Below the pieces are notes generated by a model. That model did not search any database. It was not told the DNA's origin and saw only the letters and a program-made list of their open reading frames with translations. Positions 44,850 through 53,278 of a stretch of 64,000 bases of DNA are shown here, piece after piece. The DNA is taken from the NCBI GenBank assembly GCA_045603925.1, contig JAZUNB010000011.1, positions 1,734 through 65,733 on the forward strand, written 5' to 3'. Both the position numbers and the translations under genes were made by a program. Position 1 is the stretch's first letter. Every line of letters starts with the position of its first letter. The stretch comes from Eubacteriales bacterium. Its GTDB lineage: Bacteria > Bacillota > Clostridia > Oscillospirales > QAKW01.

Positions 44850-46108
44850 TGTTCGTTATGAACCCCTTTCAGTAAATAAACCGTATCCAATGCGATCTCC
44901 TTGGCAATCGCAATGATTTCTTCCTTAGTCACCATTCGGATCTCTTCGATTTCCTGCTCCGGAGTTTTCAACTCCCCGCGCACTGTTCCCGAAAGCATCT
45001 GAGCAGCCAGCGCGCTTTCATTATCGCATAAGCCATAGATGCTGTCGATCAGATAAGCCTTTGCATTTTCAAATTCCTCATCGGTCAGTGCCCCTTCAGC
45101 AATAGCCGAAAGCTGCGCCTCGATCTCCTTGCGCGCCTCCTCATACTTGGTCGATTCCACACCGCTGGATACAAACATCACATTCTTAAAACGATCCACA
45201 GTGGAGGAGCAGTAATAGCAAAGGGACAACCTCTCCCGCACATTCAAAAAGAGCTTAGAGGTTGCGCTTCCGCCGTAAACAACATTAAACAAACGGCAGG
45301 CGGCGCCCTTTTCCATGGCGGTTTTTCCCAATCGGAAGCCCAGATTCAACTTGCTTTGGTTCAGATCCATGGGCTCCACCACCTCCCGCACAGAAGGCCG
45401 GTCAAAAGAAACCGCTGTTTGCGGCATTTTTCCGCTCCGCCGGGAAAAGCCTTCCGCAAGCTCATTCAAAAAGCGGCCGTTCTCTTTACCCACATAAGTG
45501 ATCACAACAAAGGCCTCCTGCATCAGCTTGCAGAAATAAGAATAAAGGGAGCAATGATCAAAGCTCTTTACTGTTTCGATATCGCCCATTTCATGAACGC
45601 CATAGGCTTCATCACTGCACATCAACGCTTTGCAACGCTCCAGGGAATAAACGCGCTTATCATTGAACAGGCCATGGATCTTATCGATCAGATTTGCCTT
45701 TTCCTGCTCGGTATATTCCTTGGAAAAGCCATTATTCTCCACCAAGGGATGAAAGAGCATCTCCTTACAGAATGAAAGAATAGCCCCTTGAATATCCTCC
45801 TGCTCCAAGGCATACTCATTGTTGAGATAGGTAAACGAAAAGGACAAGATCTCAAGCTCCCCCGCTTTGGTGGCGCCCACAGAAAAAGAAGCTCCGTAAT
45901 TGCGCGCCAGATAGCGGCTGATCAGATCCATTTGAGGATATTTTGCGCATCCGCGGCTGAACACGCCCGCAAGAAGAGACATCCCGGTTGCATTTTCCGC
46001 CGAAAGCGGCATAAGAAAATCCACCGATAAATATCCGGTTTTAAAATGATCTGCAATTCCGTAATTGCAAACAACGCCTGTACGCGGCTGTTCCTGATAG
46101 AATTTCAT
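44846..46108 (-). CDS. M16-family peptidase-like protein (no HxxEH; probable non-catalytic partner)
   Basis: 420 aa with the insulinase fold pattern but no HxxEH. It overlaps the downstream M16 gene by 4 nt. Confidence 0.8.
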   Translation of the reverse strand: MKFYQEQPRTGVVCNYGIADHFKTGYLSVDFLMPLSAENATGMSLLAGVFSRGCAKYPQMDLISRYLARNYGASFSVGATKAGELEILSFSFTYLNNEYALEQEDIQGAILSFCKEMLFHPLVENNGFSKEYTEQEKANLIDKIHGLFNDKRVYSLERCKALMCSDEAYGVHEMGDIETVKSFDHCSLYSYFCKLMQEAFVVITYVGKENGRFLNELAEGFSRRSGKMPQTAVSFDRPSVREVVEPMDLNQSKLNLGFRLGKTAMEKGAACRLFNVVYGGSATSKLFLNVRERLSLCYYCSSTVDRFKNVMFVSSGVESTKYEEARKEIEAQLSAIAEGALTDEEFENAKAYLIDSIYGLCDNESALAAQMLSGTVRGELKTPEQEIEEIRMVTKEEIIAIAKEIALDTVYLLKGVHNEQ

Positions 46109-46185
46109 GAGAACTCCTTATATTTTACTTTAAACTATATTTTATCATAAAATCTATAAAAAGAAAAGTACCGGTTTCTATAAAT

Positions 46186-48993
46186 TCATGAACAATTTGT
46201 AACAAAGTAATCTTTCAATCGCTCAACGGTATTTTCCGCAATTTCTCTCGCTTTATCCTCATTGCAAAGCAATTCATAATCCAGAGGATTGCATAAATAC
46301 CCAACCTCCAGCATGATCGCCGGATATTTTGTCTGGCGGCAAACGCGAAGGCTCTGCCTGCGGCATATCATTGTTTCTGCAGCCACCCAATCGGCAATCC
46401 CTGCCGAGAGCGGAGAAGAATATAAGACCATACCGCCGGAGACTTTGGAAAAATCACCGCTTTGATCGGTGGAATTATGATGTACCGAAAGGAAGAGATC
46501 CGGCGTAAACTCTTCCGCCAATTCCACCCGTTTATCCAGCGAAAGCGTTTCCGCTCCCGCCGCCATCAGAGTCACCTCAGCTCCTGCATCGGTCAGTTCC
46601 TCAAAGAGATATTTAGCGAAGGTAAGATTCAGTTCGCTTTCAGCAGGGTATTCCGCGCCGCCTGCGCTGAGCGCACCGACATCCGCTCCCCCATGACCGA
46701 CATCCAGGAGGATCCGCTTCCCCTTCAGCTCATCGGTATGATACCGTAAGCATAATGTAATGCGATTTTTCTGCAAATAAACCTCATAACCCGCCAAAAC
46801 GCGCCCCGAAGCAGAGGTAACGGAAACAACGCTGTTTTGAGAACGACGGTTCAGTTTGACCGAAAGATCCCGATGCTCGGAATCGATCTCAACCTTCGCC
46901 TTCTGCCCGATCTTCAAAAAGATCTCCAGCGAAGGCTCGTTATATTCTGTATAATACGAAAAGTCTTCCTCACAGGAGATCACAACACGCTCATACGGAT
47001 AATCCAACGGTTCTTCCGCCGCCAAGGCTTCTGACCCCAGGGTTTCCTGCTCCACCCAAAAGCCGTTTTTCAAAAGAGCGCGAGTACCCTCCAGCCCGCA
47101 AACCGTCAATTCTGTCCCCAAGCGAAGGGGATCATGATCCATTTGAGACCCCTCAATGCTCTCATCAAAAATATAGGCATCGGACTTCAGCTCCATAGGG
47201 TTTTGATACCCTTCGGAATACAGATGAATATTGAGATCGGTTGCCAGGGTGCTTGTCTGCCCGTTGAGGGTAGCAATATAAGAAAAGCCATCCAACAAGA
47301 GCGTTTCTCCCTGAGGTAAAGAAGGCATCAGCCATTCTCCACGATAGAGACAAGGATCATTCTTTGTGGGCGTCAGCGGAACAGAGACCCATTGATTCTG
47401 AAAAACAACAGAAGAGCCTGCAGGTGCCTGCAAATAAACAGTCAAAACCTCCCCGGCGCCGCGATGGATGGCGCCGCTCGGATAAGCCCCTTGCATTTCG
47501 CCGATGGGCTCTGCCTCTTGATAAGTAACCGAGATGCTCTTCTCGGCGCCGCCGGATACGGCGGTTATGCGGTTAGAACCCTTGGAAAGAGGTACATACG
47601 CTGAAAAAAGCCCATAGGAATTGGTTACTGCGCGTATTCCGTTTACCGTAACCGCCTGCCCTGCAGGGGCTGTCCCCGTTACAGAGATTCTGCCTGCATT
47701 TACAGTCGTTCCGCTTTCGGGAGAAGTGATCTTCAACCCATCCGCCTTCTTCAATTCGATCGGTTGAATAAAATCAGCCGAATCATATAAAAATCGGTTC
47801 TCCCGTTTCTCCATCGGCTCTTCCCCGTTGTAATAAGAAAGAACCGCATCCAATGCGCCCAAGGGGTTTTCGATCATTGTTCCGTAGCGGAAAAAGCAAT
47901 GCCCCGCATAGCTTCTCTTTTTGGAGATATAATGAAGCTGACGGTTCATAATGATCCCGTCCTCAAAGCCAACCTCATCTGTACCCACCTTGTAAAGCGC
48001 CAAGCCGATATAAAGCTTCACCTTGTTTTTGACGCAAAGAGTATCCCACCAATCCACCAACACCCCAAAGGGTGCCGCTTTATGGTCAAAACTCCAATAC
48101 AACTGAGGGCAGATATAATCCAACCAGCCCTCCTCTACCCATTTTTTGCTATCGGCAAAAATATCGGAATAAGCACTGAGCCCCGTTGTTTCGCTTCCTG
48201 CGGGGTGAACCCATTTATTGGCCCAGATCCCAAAGGGGCTGATCCCGAATTGGCATTCCTTGCGGTGCTTTTTGATCACCGAGCCAACCTTGCTGACCAA
48301 CTGATCCACCGCATCCCGCCGAAAGTCTGCCAAGGAAAGACCCTTTCCATAGGCGGAATAAGCGGCACTGTCGTCAAAATCCTCGTTATTGTAAGGATAA
48401 AAATAATCATCAAAATGAATGCCGTCGATAGCATAGTTTCGGGCGATCTCCTCCACTCCATCCAAGATCAGCTTTCGCACCTCAGGAAGGCCGGGATTAT
48501 AATAAAGCCCATCTGCTGTTGTAACGGTATATTCCGGATGGAGAACTGCAGGGTTGTCTGCCGAAAGGCGGCTCCATACATTCGTTCCTGTTCCGATCCG
48601 ATAGGGATTGATCCAGGCATGAAGCTGAATCTTCGCTTTATGCGCCCTCTCAATGAAATAGGCCAAAGGGTCAAAGCCGCTGTCGGGAGCTTTTCCTTGG
48701 GTTCCCGTAAGATAAGCGCTCCAGGGAAAGATCTCCGAGCGATACAAAGCATCGCCGGTGGGCCGCACCTGAAAAAAGATGGTGTTCAGACCCATATCCT
48801 TGCAATTCTCAATAATCGCATCAATCTCATCCTTCAGCCCTTGGGAGGAAAGCCCCATCCGCGAGGGAAAATCAAGATTTCCCACCGAAGCCACCCAGCA
48901 GGCGCGTACCTCGCCCTCTTCAGCCGCCGCTTGCAACGGAAGCATAGAGAATACCATCACCCATATGCAGATAAAAATTCCGATTCTTTTCAT
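46186..48993 (-). CDS. secreted cell-wall enzyme: N-terminal glycosyl-hydrolase-like family 10 (GHL10/DUF187) domain fused to a C-terminal N-acetylmuramoyl-L-alanine amidase (Amidase_3)
   Basis: 935 aa with a signal peptide. The N-terminal ~400 aa look like YngK (RACWVASVGNLDFP...IHFDDYFYP). The C-terminus ILLDVGHGGADVGAL...SVHHNS...EVGYLCNP is the amidase_3 pattern. Confidence 0.75.
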   Translation of the reverse strand: MKRIGIFICIWVMVFSMLPLQAAAEEGEVRACWVASVGNLDFPSRMGLSSQGLKDEIDAIIENCKDMGLNTIFFQVRPTGDALYRSEIFPWSAYLTGTQGKAPDSGFDPLAYFIERAHKAKIQLHAWINPYRIGTGTNVWSRLSADNPAVLHPEYTVTTADGLYYNPGLPEVRKLILDGVEEIARNYAIDGIHFDDYFYPYNNEDFDDSAAYSAYGKGLSLADFRRDAVDQLVSKVGSVIKKHRKECQFGISPFGIWANKWVHPAGSETTGLSAYSDIFADSKKWVEEGWLDYICPQLYWSFDHKAAPFGVLVDWWDTLCVKNKVKLYIGLALYKVGTDEVGFEDGIIMNRQLHYISKKRSYAGHCFFRYGTMIENPLGALDAVLSYYNGEEPMEKRENRFLYDSADFIQPIELKKADGLKITSPESGTTVNAGRISVTGTAPAGQAVTVNGIRAVTNSYGLFSAYVPLSKGSNRITAVSGGAEKSISVTYQEAEPIGEMQGAYPSGAIHRGAGEVLTVYLQAPAGSSVVFQNQWVSVPLTPTKNDPCLYRGEWLMPSLPQGETLLLDGFSYIATLNGQTSTLATDLNIHLYSEGYQNPMELKSDAYIFDESIEGSQMDHDPLRLGTELTVCGLEGTRALLKNGFWVEQETLGSEALAAEEPLDYPYERVVISCEEDFSYYTEYNEPSLEIFLKIGQKAKVEIDSEHRDLSVKLNRRSQNSVVSVTSASGRVLAGYEVYLQKNRITLCLRYHTDELKGKRILLDVGHGGADVGALSAGGAEYPAESELNLTFAKYLFEELTDAGAEVTLMAAGAETLSLDKRVELAEEFTPDLFLSVHHNSTDQSGDFSKVSGGMVLYSSPLSAGIADWVAAETMICRRQSLRVCRQTKYPAIMLEVGYLCNPLDYELLCNEDKAREIAENTVERLKDYFVTNCS

Positions 48994-49000
48994 TGTCTCT

Positions 49001-49281
49001 CCTTAGGGCAGAGCGAGATATCCGGACCTCGTCTAAAAAGGCGGATTTTCACTCACTCTTCGTTAAAATACCCACCTATGGCCGGTATTAGTTGCGTTTG
49101 TGCCTTAACTGAGCAAAAATCCGCACTTTTTAGATCTTCGACCTCAAAACGAGGAGATTTCGAGAGATTTTTGCTCGATTTAGACGAAGCAAGGCTGACG
49201 CCTTGCGAGGATAAAGCGTGTAAAAAGCACCGAAATATGCCGTTTTGAGGCGGGTTCGGATTTCTCGCTCTACCCTAAAGG
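49001..49281. repeat. 281-bp imperfect palindrome (28/29-nt terminal inverted repeats plus nested internal inverted repeats): MITE-like element or structured 5' leader
   Basis: The left arm ccttagggcagagcgagatatccggacc (49001-49028) matches the reverse complement of 49253-49281 with 3 mismatches and 1 bulge. Internal pairs are 49142-49151/49238-49247 (cctcaaaacg/cgttttgagg), 49112-49122/49166-49176 (gagcaaaaatc/gatttttgctc), 49040-49048/49118-49126 (gcggatttt/aaaatccgc) and 49029-49037/49179-49187 (tcgtctaaa/tttagacga). A central hairpin lies at 49142-49154. Confidence 0.7.
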
Positions 49282-49300
49282 TTTATCTGCCTCATTCTAT

Positions 49301-49336
49301 GCAAAAAGTCTTATACAAATGTATAAGACTTTTTGC
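49301..49336 (-). terminator. perfect 16-bp hairpin immediately after the lipoprotein gene stop
   Basis: The stem is gcaaaaagtcttatac-aaat-gtataagactttttgc. There is no separate U-tract beyond the Us inside the stem. Confidence 0.5.
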
Positions 49337-49338
49337 AC

Positions 49339-49788
49339 TTATCCAAGCGGCTTCGCTTCTGTATCATTTTCTTCGTATGCCAGATTATCATAAAGCTCCA
49401 AAAACTTTTCAAAGGTTCCGTCTTTGGTATAGTTATAGGCCATCTGATCATAAAAAGCAAATTCTTCATTAAGGATCAGGCGGTGCTCCACCTCGCTATG
49501 CAGAATAATGATCAGCGGCGTAGAGGTAATGGCCGCAGGCTCCCCTGCAGGAACTTTTACCGCAGGCAGTTTGCGGATCTTATGGCAGATCTTCTCCACA
49601 TCCTCCATACTGTTGACAACCTTAGCGCGATAGAAAACCGTTCCGTCTTCCCCAACATACTCCCGCTGCATTTCAATGGTGCTCACCAACTTCTCGGGGA
49701 TATGAATGGTATCGTTTTTTACTTTAAAGCTGCATCCGCTCATCAGAAGCAGAACCACAGCCAAACATAAGCATAATCCTTTTTTCAT
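49339..49788 (-). CDS. hypothetical lipoprotein
   Basis: The start is taken at MKKGLCLCLAVVLLLMSGC (lipobox). The track ORF has a 16-codon extension. Confidence 0.5.
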   Translation of the reverse strand: MKKGLCLCLAVVLLLMSGCSFKVKNDTIHIPEKLVSTIEMQREYVGEDGTVFYRAKVVNSMEDVEKICHKIRKLPAVKVPAGEPAAITSTPLIIILHSEVEHRLILNEEFAFYDQMAYNYTKDGTFEKFLELYDNLAYEENDTEAKPLG

Positions 49789-49801
49789 GCTGTCCTCTTT
49801 C

Positions 49802-50428
49802 TCAAAGAGCCCCGGTGGAAGATGCCAAGACCGCACCGGAAACTCCGTCTACAGTACAATAGTATATCAAATCATTCAACATGGAAATGAAGCGGATATC
49901 GTATTGCTCCAACCCATCGGTATTGAAAACGGTAATTTCAATATAATCATATTGAAAGTCCTGATTTCCGCTAAAGGCTTTAACACCGTTGGAGATCGCC
50001 TTTCCGCTATCGATAGGCAAGGAATCCACGCGAATCGCTTTTCCTTCCTTCACCATCTGATAAGGCTCTATGCCATCATCGGAATAATTGGCCTTTGAGA
50101 AGCGCTGAACATGCCCTGTTTTAGAATCCACTTCAGCAACATATATATCAGAATACTCGGCGGCCTCCGGCAAAACAGCGGTGTAATACAAAAGCACCGC
50201 GCCGTTACCGTCGCCATTGAGCGCCATCTCCATGCCATAGAGAACCATATCACTCTTATTCTTAGCCGCCAGATAGTCATTCATAGCCGCGGCAATAGTG
50301 ACCGCGGTATTATTGGTTTTACCAAGACTGCTGTCGCTTTTGATAAAATCACTGACAATGGGAATATTGCAGGCGGTTAATGAAACAAGCATCGCCAATA
50401 TTAGCAACAACGCTGCAAACTTTTTCAT
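49802..50428 (-). CDS. hypothetical lipoprotein with PepSY-like repeats
   Basis: Lipobox LVSLTAC. The sequences YVAEVDSKTGHV and YYCTVDGVSGAVL resemble PepSY-type motifs. Confidence 0.5.
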   Translation of the reverse strand: MKKFAALLLILAMLVSLTACNIPIVSDFIKSDSSLGKTNNTAVTIAAAMNDYLAAKNKSDMVLYGMEMALNGDGNGAVLLYYTAVLPEAAEYSDIYVAEVDSKTGHVQRFSKANYSDDGIEPYQMVKEGKAIRVDSLPIDSGKAISNGVKAFSGNQDFQYDYIEITVFNTDGLEQYDIRFISMLNDLIYYCTVDGVSGAVLASSTGAL

Positions 50429-50441
50429 ATACGGCTCCTTA

Positions 50442-51170
50442 TCACAAGCTATATAAATAATCCAATTCTTTTTGAGACAAAACGCGGTATTGACCTGCCC
50501 GCAGGGTTCCGATGGAAAGATCCGCCAGTTTATCCCGCTTCAGGCGAAGGACCTCCAACCCCAAGGCGGTACACATCTTACGGATCTCGCGGTTCTTTCC
50601 TTCATAAAGGGTAAGATAAAAAACAGTGCGGTCTTCTTTGGCCTCCAGAATCTCGATATCCGCCGAGCGGGTGGTATAATCGTCTTCCGCAATATAAATG
50701 CCGGTTTCAAAAGCCTTAATATGCTCCCGATGGATGGCCCCGCGTACAATGACCCGATAGGTCTTTGGGATATTGTTGCGCGGGTGAGTCAGCTTATTGG
50801 CAAGTTCACCGTCGTTGGTAAGAAGCAAAAGGCCTTCGCTATCCTTATCCAGACGGCCGACGGGATAGACCCGCACCCGCTCCTTGCGCACAAGATCGGC
50901 AACGCATTTTCTGCCTTGCTCATCGCTCATAGTGGTCACATATCCCCGCGGCTTATAAAGCATAATGGTTACTTTATTGCGGTTCTGGGGCTTGATGACC
51001 TTTCCGTCGATCCGCACCAGATCCTTATCGCCATCGGTCTTATCCCCCAGATGGACAGGATTCCCGTTTAAGGTCACTCTTCCGCTTTCGATCAAGGCCT
51101 CGGCGGCGCGGCGGGAACAGATGCCGCAGTCTGCAATATATTTTTGAATTCGAATGGTTTTTTCTTGCAT
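50442..51170 (-). CDS. rluB: 23S rRNA pseudouridine synthase (RsuA/RluB family)
   Basis: The start is taken at MQEKTIRIQKYIADCGICSRR (S4 domain). The catalytic block is GRLDKDSEGLLLLTNDG. The track ORF carries a 58-codon extension. Confidence 0.85.
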   Translation of the reverse strand: MQEKTIRIQKYIADCGICSRRAAEALIESGRVTLNGNPVHLGDKTDGDKDLVRIDGKVIKPQNRNKVTIMLYKPRGYVTTMSDEQGRKCVADLVRKERVRVYPVGRLDKDSEGLLLLTNDGELANKLTHPRNNIPKTYRVIVRGAIHREHIKAFETGIYIAEDDYTTRSADIEILEAKEDRTVFYLTLYEGKNREIRKMCTALGLEVLRLKRDKLADLSIGTLRAGQYRVLSQKELDYLYSL

Positions 51171-51211
51171 ATCAATCTCTTTTCGTTTATTTCTTCTATT
51201 GTACCTTTTTT

Positions 51212-52318
51212 TTAGCGGTTTTTCAAGAATAATCGGCGAAAAAATCGAAATATTCGGGCAATAAACAGTTCTTTCTTCACTTCCACCGTAATGGGCTCTG
51301 CCAAAACCAAGGGACTTTCCCCCATTTTGAACTCGTGATACCAATATTCCACCGTTCCGACCACATCTCCGATCTCTTTATTTCCGTAGACAAAAGGGGC
51401 CGCCGCCACCCTCGGTTCCGCCGATCCGTCATAGGCAAAAAAGTCGGCGGTTACCCGATCGCAATTGACCGCCCGTACAACTCCCCCGCCCGCCACATTC
51501 AGTTCAACGGAATAGCTTTCTTTTTCGGCGAGAGTTACCGTTTCGATGGTCTGAAACCATTTTTCATATGCCGAGGTATGGATATTCCAATCATCCCGTC
51601 TGCCCAAGGTTACGCAGATCAGGGGATTTCCGTCCTTTTGCGCCACCGTTACCAGGCAACGCCCCGCGCTCATGGTATAACCGGTTTTTCCGCCGATACA
51701 CGCCCCGTATAAAGTCAGGAGTTTATTATGATTCACAATCACCTGGTCTTTGATCTTATAACTCTTACTGCCGGTGATGATGCGGAAATCTTCATTTTTC
51801 ATTGCCTCGGCCATTATCAGCGCCAATTCATGCGCGGTGGTATAATGTCCCTCGGCGGGAAGACCGTTCGGGTTGGCAAAATGTGTGTTTTTTAACCCCA
51901 TTTCCATGGCCGTTCGGTTCATCATCTCCAAAAAGCCCGACTCGGTTTTTCCCGCAAAAATCGCCAGCGCTACCGCGCAATCATTGGCAGAGCGAAGCAT
52001 CAGTCCATATAGAAGCTCTTCCACCGTATAGGTCTCCCCGGCCTTAACATAAAGCGAAGAGCCCTCGATTCCCACCGCCTCCGGCGGGATGGTAACAACA
52101 TCCGAAAGCTTTACGGTATTTAACACCACCAAAGCGGTCATCACCTTGGTAGTGCTTGCCATCGGCAGGGGCACCTCTGCGTTTTCCCCTTCCAGAACCG
52201 TTTTGGTTCGTCCGTCCATCATCAGATAAGCACCGCTTGATGCCTTGGCAACAGGACACATACCGAAAGTAAGCAGTATGACCAGCGCCCAAAGAATTAT
52301 TCGTTTCAAAAAAATCAC
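51212..52318 (-). CDS. dacB: D-alanyl-D-alanine carboxypeptidase (S11, PBP5 type)
   Basis: 368 aa with a signal peptide and the motifs STTK, SAND and KTG. The listed start is GTG at 52318. Synteny with scpAB and rluB matches B. subtilis dacB. Confidence 0.8.
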   Translation of the reverse strand: MIFLKRIILWALVILLTFGMCPVAKASSGAYLMMDGRTKTVLEGENAEVPLPMASTTKVMTALVVLNTVKLSDVVTIPPEAVGIEGSSLYVKAGETYTVEELLYGLMLRSANDCAVALAIFAGKTESGFLEMMNRTAMEMGLKNTHFANPNGLPAEGHYTTAHELALIMAEAMKNEDFRIITGSKSYKIKDQVIVNHNKLLTLYGACIGGKTGYTMSAGRCLVTVAQKDGNPLICVTLGRRDDWNIHTSAYEKWFQTIETVTLAEKESYSVELNVAGGGVVRAVNCDRVTADFFAYDGSAEPRVAAAPFVYGNKEIGDVVGTVEYWYHEFKMGESPLVLAEPITVEVKKELFIARIFRFFRRLFLKNR

Positions 52319-52343
52319 CCGCCCTATTTATACGGGCGGGTGA
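52307..52343 (-). terminator. hairpin plus U-tract after ytfJ, overlapping the dacB start
   Basis: 10-bp stem tcacccgccc (52315-52324) / gggcgggtga (52334-52343). In minus sense it is followed by TTTTTTTG, and those bases are the first codons of the listed dacB ORF. Confidence 0.45.
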
Positions 52344-52350
52344 TGATGCA

Positions 52351-52731
52351 TTATACCTCTTCCTCAGCGGAATCTTCTTTTTTCTTGATCAGACCGGAGA
52401 TCTTATCGATCACATCAGGCACCATATCGATGAGCTTTTCAGCACCGGATTCCGATTCGCAGACCGGAAGCATCCGAATATTATCGCCGCGGATCACCAG
52501 GAAGCAAACAGGAGTCACCTTTACACTGCCGCCTGCACCGCCGCCGAAATGATCCTTCTGCGCGCCGAAGCCGCTCCCGCCGCTCACAAAGCCGCAAGAG
52601 ACCTTTGAAATAGGAATCAAAGTAATATCATCTGTAGCCTTGATGGGATCTCCGATCACCGTATCCACATCCACAAGATTTTTCAAGCCCTCCAAGGCAC
52701 CGTTCAATACAGTTTCAACTTTATTATCCAT
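52351..52731 (-). CDS. ytfJ: sporulation protein YtfJ (GerW family)
   Basis: 126 aa with IGDPIKATDDITLIPISKVSCGFVSGG and GGGAGGSVKVTPVCFLV. Confidence 0.8.
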   Translation of the reverse strand: MDNKVETVLNGALEGLKNLVDVDTVIGDPIKATDDITLIPISKVSCGFVSGGSGFGAQKDHFGGGAGGSVKVTPVCFLVIRGDNIRMLPVCESESGAEKLIDMVPDVIDKISGLIKKKEDSAEEEV

Positions 52732-53278
52732 TCTTTTCCACTCCTTCGGACTTACTTAATGATAGTATACCGCAAAACAGTAAAGAAATCAATACATAAA
52801 TGATCCGCCATAAATTTGTATAGGCGCGGGCGATGCCCTCCACCGTTGTTTGGGTGGAATCAAAATCGGCAAGGATCGCAACATCCCATTTCTCGCGCGG
52901 ATAAATCGGCGCTAAAGCAGCTGCCGCCGTATCTAAAACTGCATTGGCGCTTCCATAGATCAGCGCAAGATCACCGGGGTCTTCGTGACCTACCGATACG
53001 CGCAATTTCAGCTTTGTCACTGTTAATAATCGGCGCATATGGCCGGGGATCCGCTTGATCAGATCCCAAAGCAACCGCTTGTCAATAGGCGCTTTCTCTT
53101 TTTGCGGTTTTTCCTTCTTTTTCTTTTCTTTTTTCGGTCTTCCCGTTGCAAACACCGTCAAAAACGGGTAAAAGATTCCTGCGCGCACCTGCACCTCTTT
53201 CAGATAAGAGATCTGCAGGGTCAAGGGCATAAAAAGCAAGAAGAGCAAAATTGCCGCTACGATCAAAAAGACTTTCAT
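52724..53278 (-). CDS. DUF2953 (YtfI-like) sporulation membrane protein
   Basis: 184 aa with an N-terminal TM helix and a Lys-rich stretch. It overlaps ytfJ by 8 nt, which is the usual ytfI-ytfJ pairing. Confidence 0.6.
   Translation of the reverse strand: MKVFLIVAAILLFLLFMPLTLQISYLKEVQVRAGIFYPFLTVFATGRPKKEKKKKEKPQKEKAPIDKRLLWDLIKRIPGHMRRLLTVTKLKLRVSVGHEDPGDLALIYGSANAVLDTAAAALAPIYPREKWDVAILADFDSTQTTVEGIARAYTNLWRIIYVLISLLFCGILSLSKSEGVEKNG

Noticed and set aside
43557-46108. The paired M16 peptidases considered as part of a peptide-maturation (RiPP/PQQ-like) system.
   Set aside because: No precursor peptide ORF, radical-SAM maturase or transporter is adjacent. The flanking genes are lgt and a cell-wall hydrolase. 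The pair resembles the widespread housekeeping YmfF/YmfH-type arrangement.
47899-49248. A 449-aa plus-strand ORF antisense to the 935-aa hydrolase gene and running into the palindromic element.
   Set aside because: It is a shadow frame of a conserved gene. The portion inside 49001-49248 is open only by chance within an inverted repeat, and there is no RBS or family resemblance.
49001-49281. The palindromic element considered as a c-di-AMP (ydaO-type) or c-di-GMP riboswitch, since these often precede cell-wall hydrolase genes.
   Set aside because: A few short words recur (CCGAACCCG, CGTCAGC, CCTCGCAAG). Their order is wrong, and the hallmark GGGGA/CCCA and GGUGAAUC-type blocks of ydaO, or the GEMM consensus, are absent by eye. 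A covariance-model scan would be needed to settle this.
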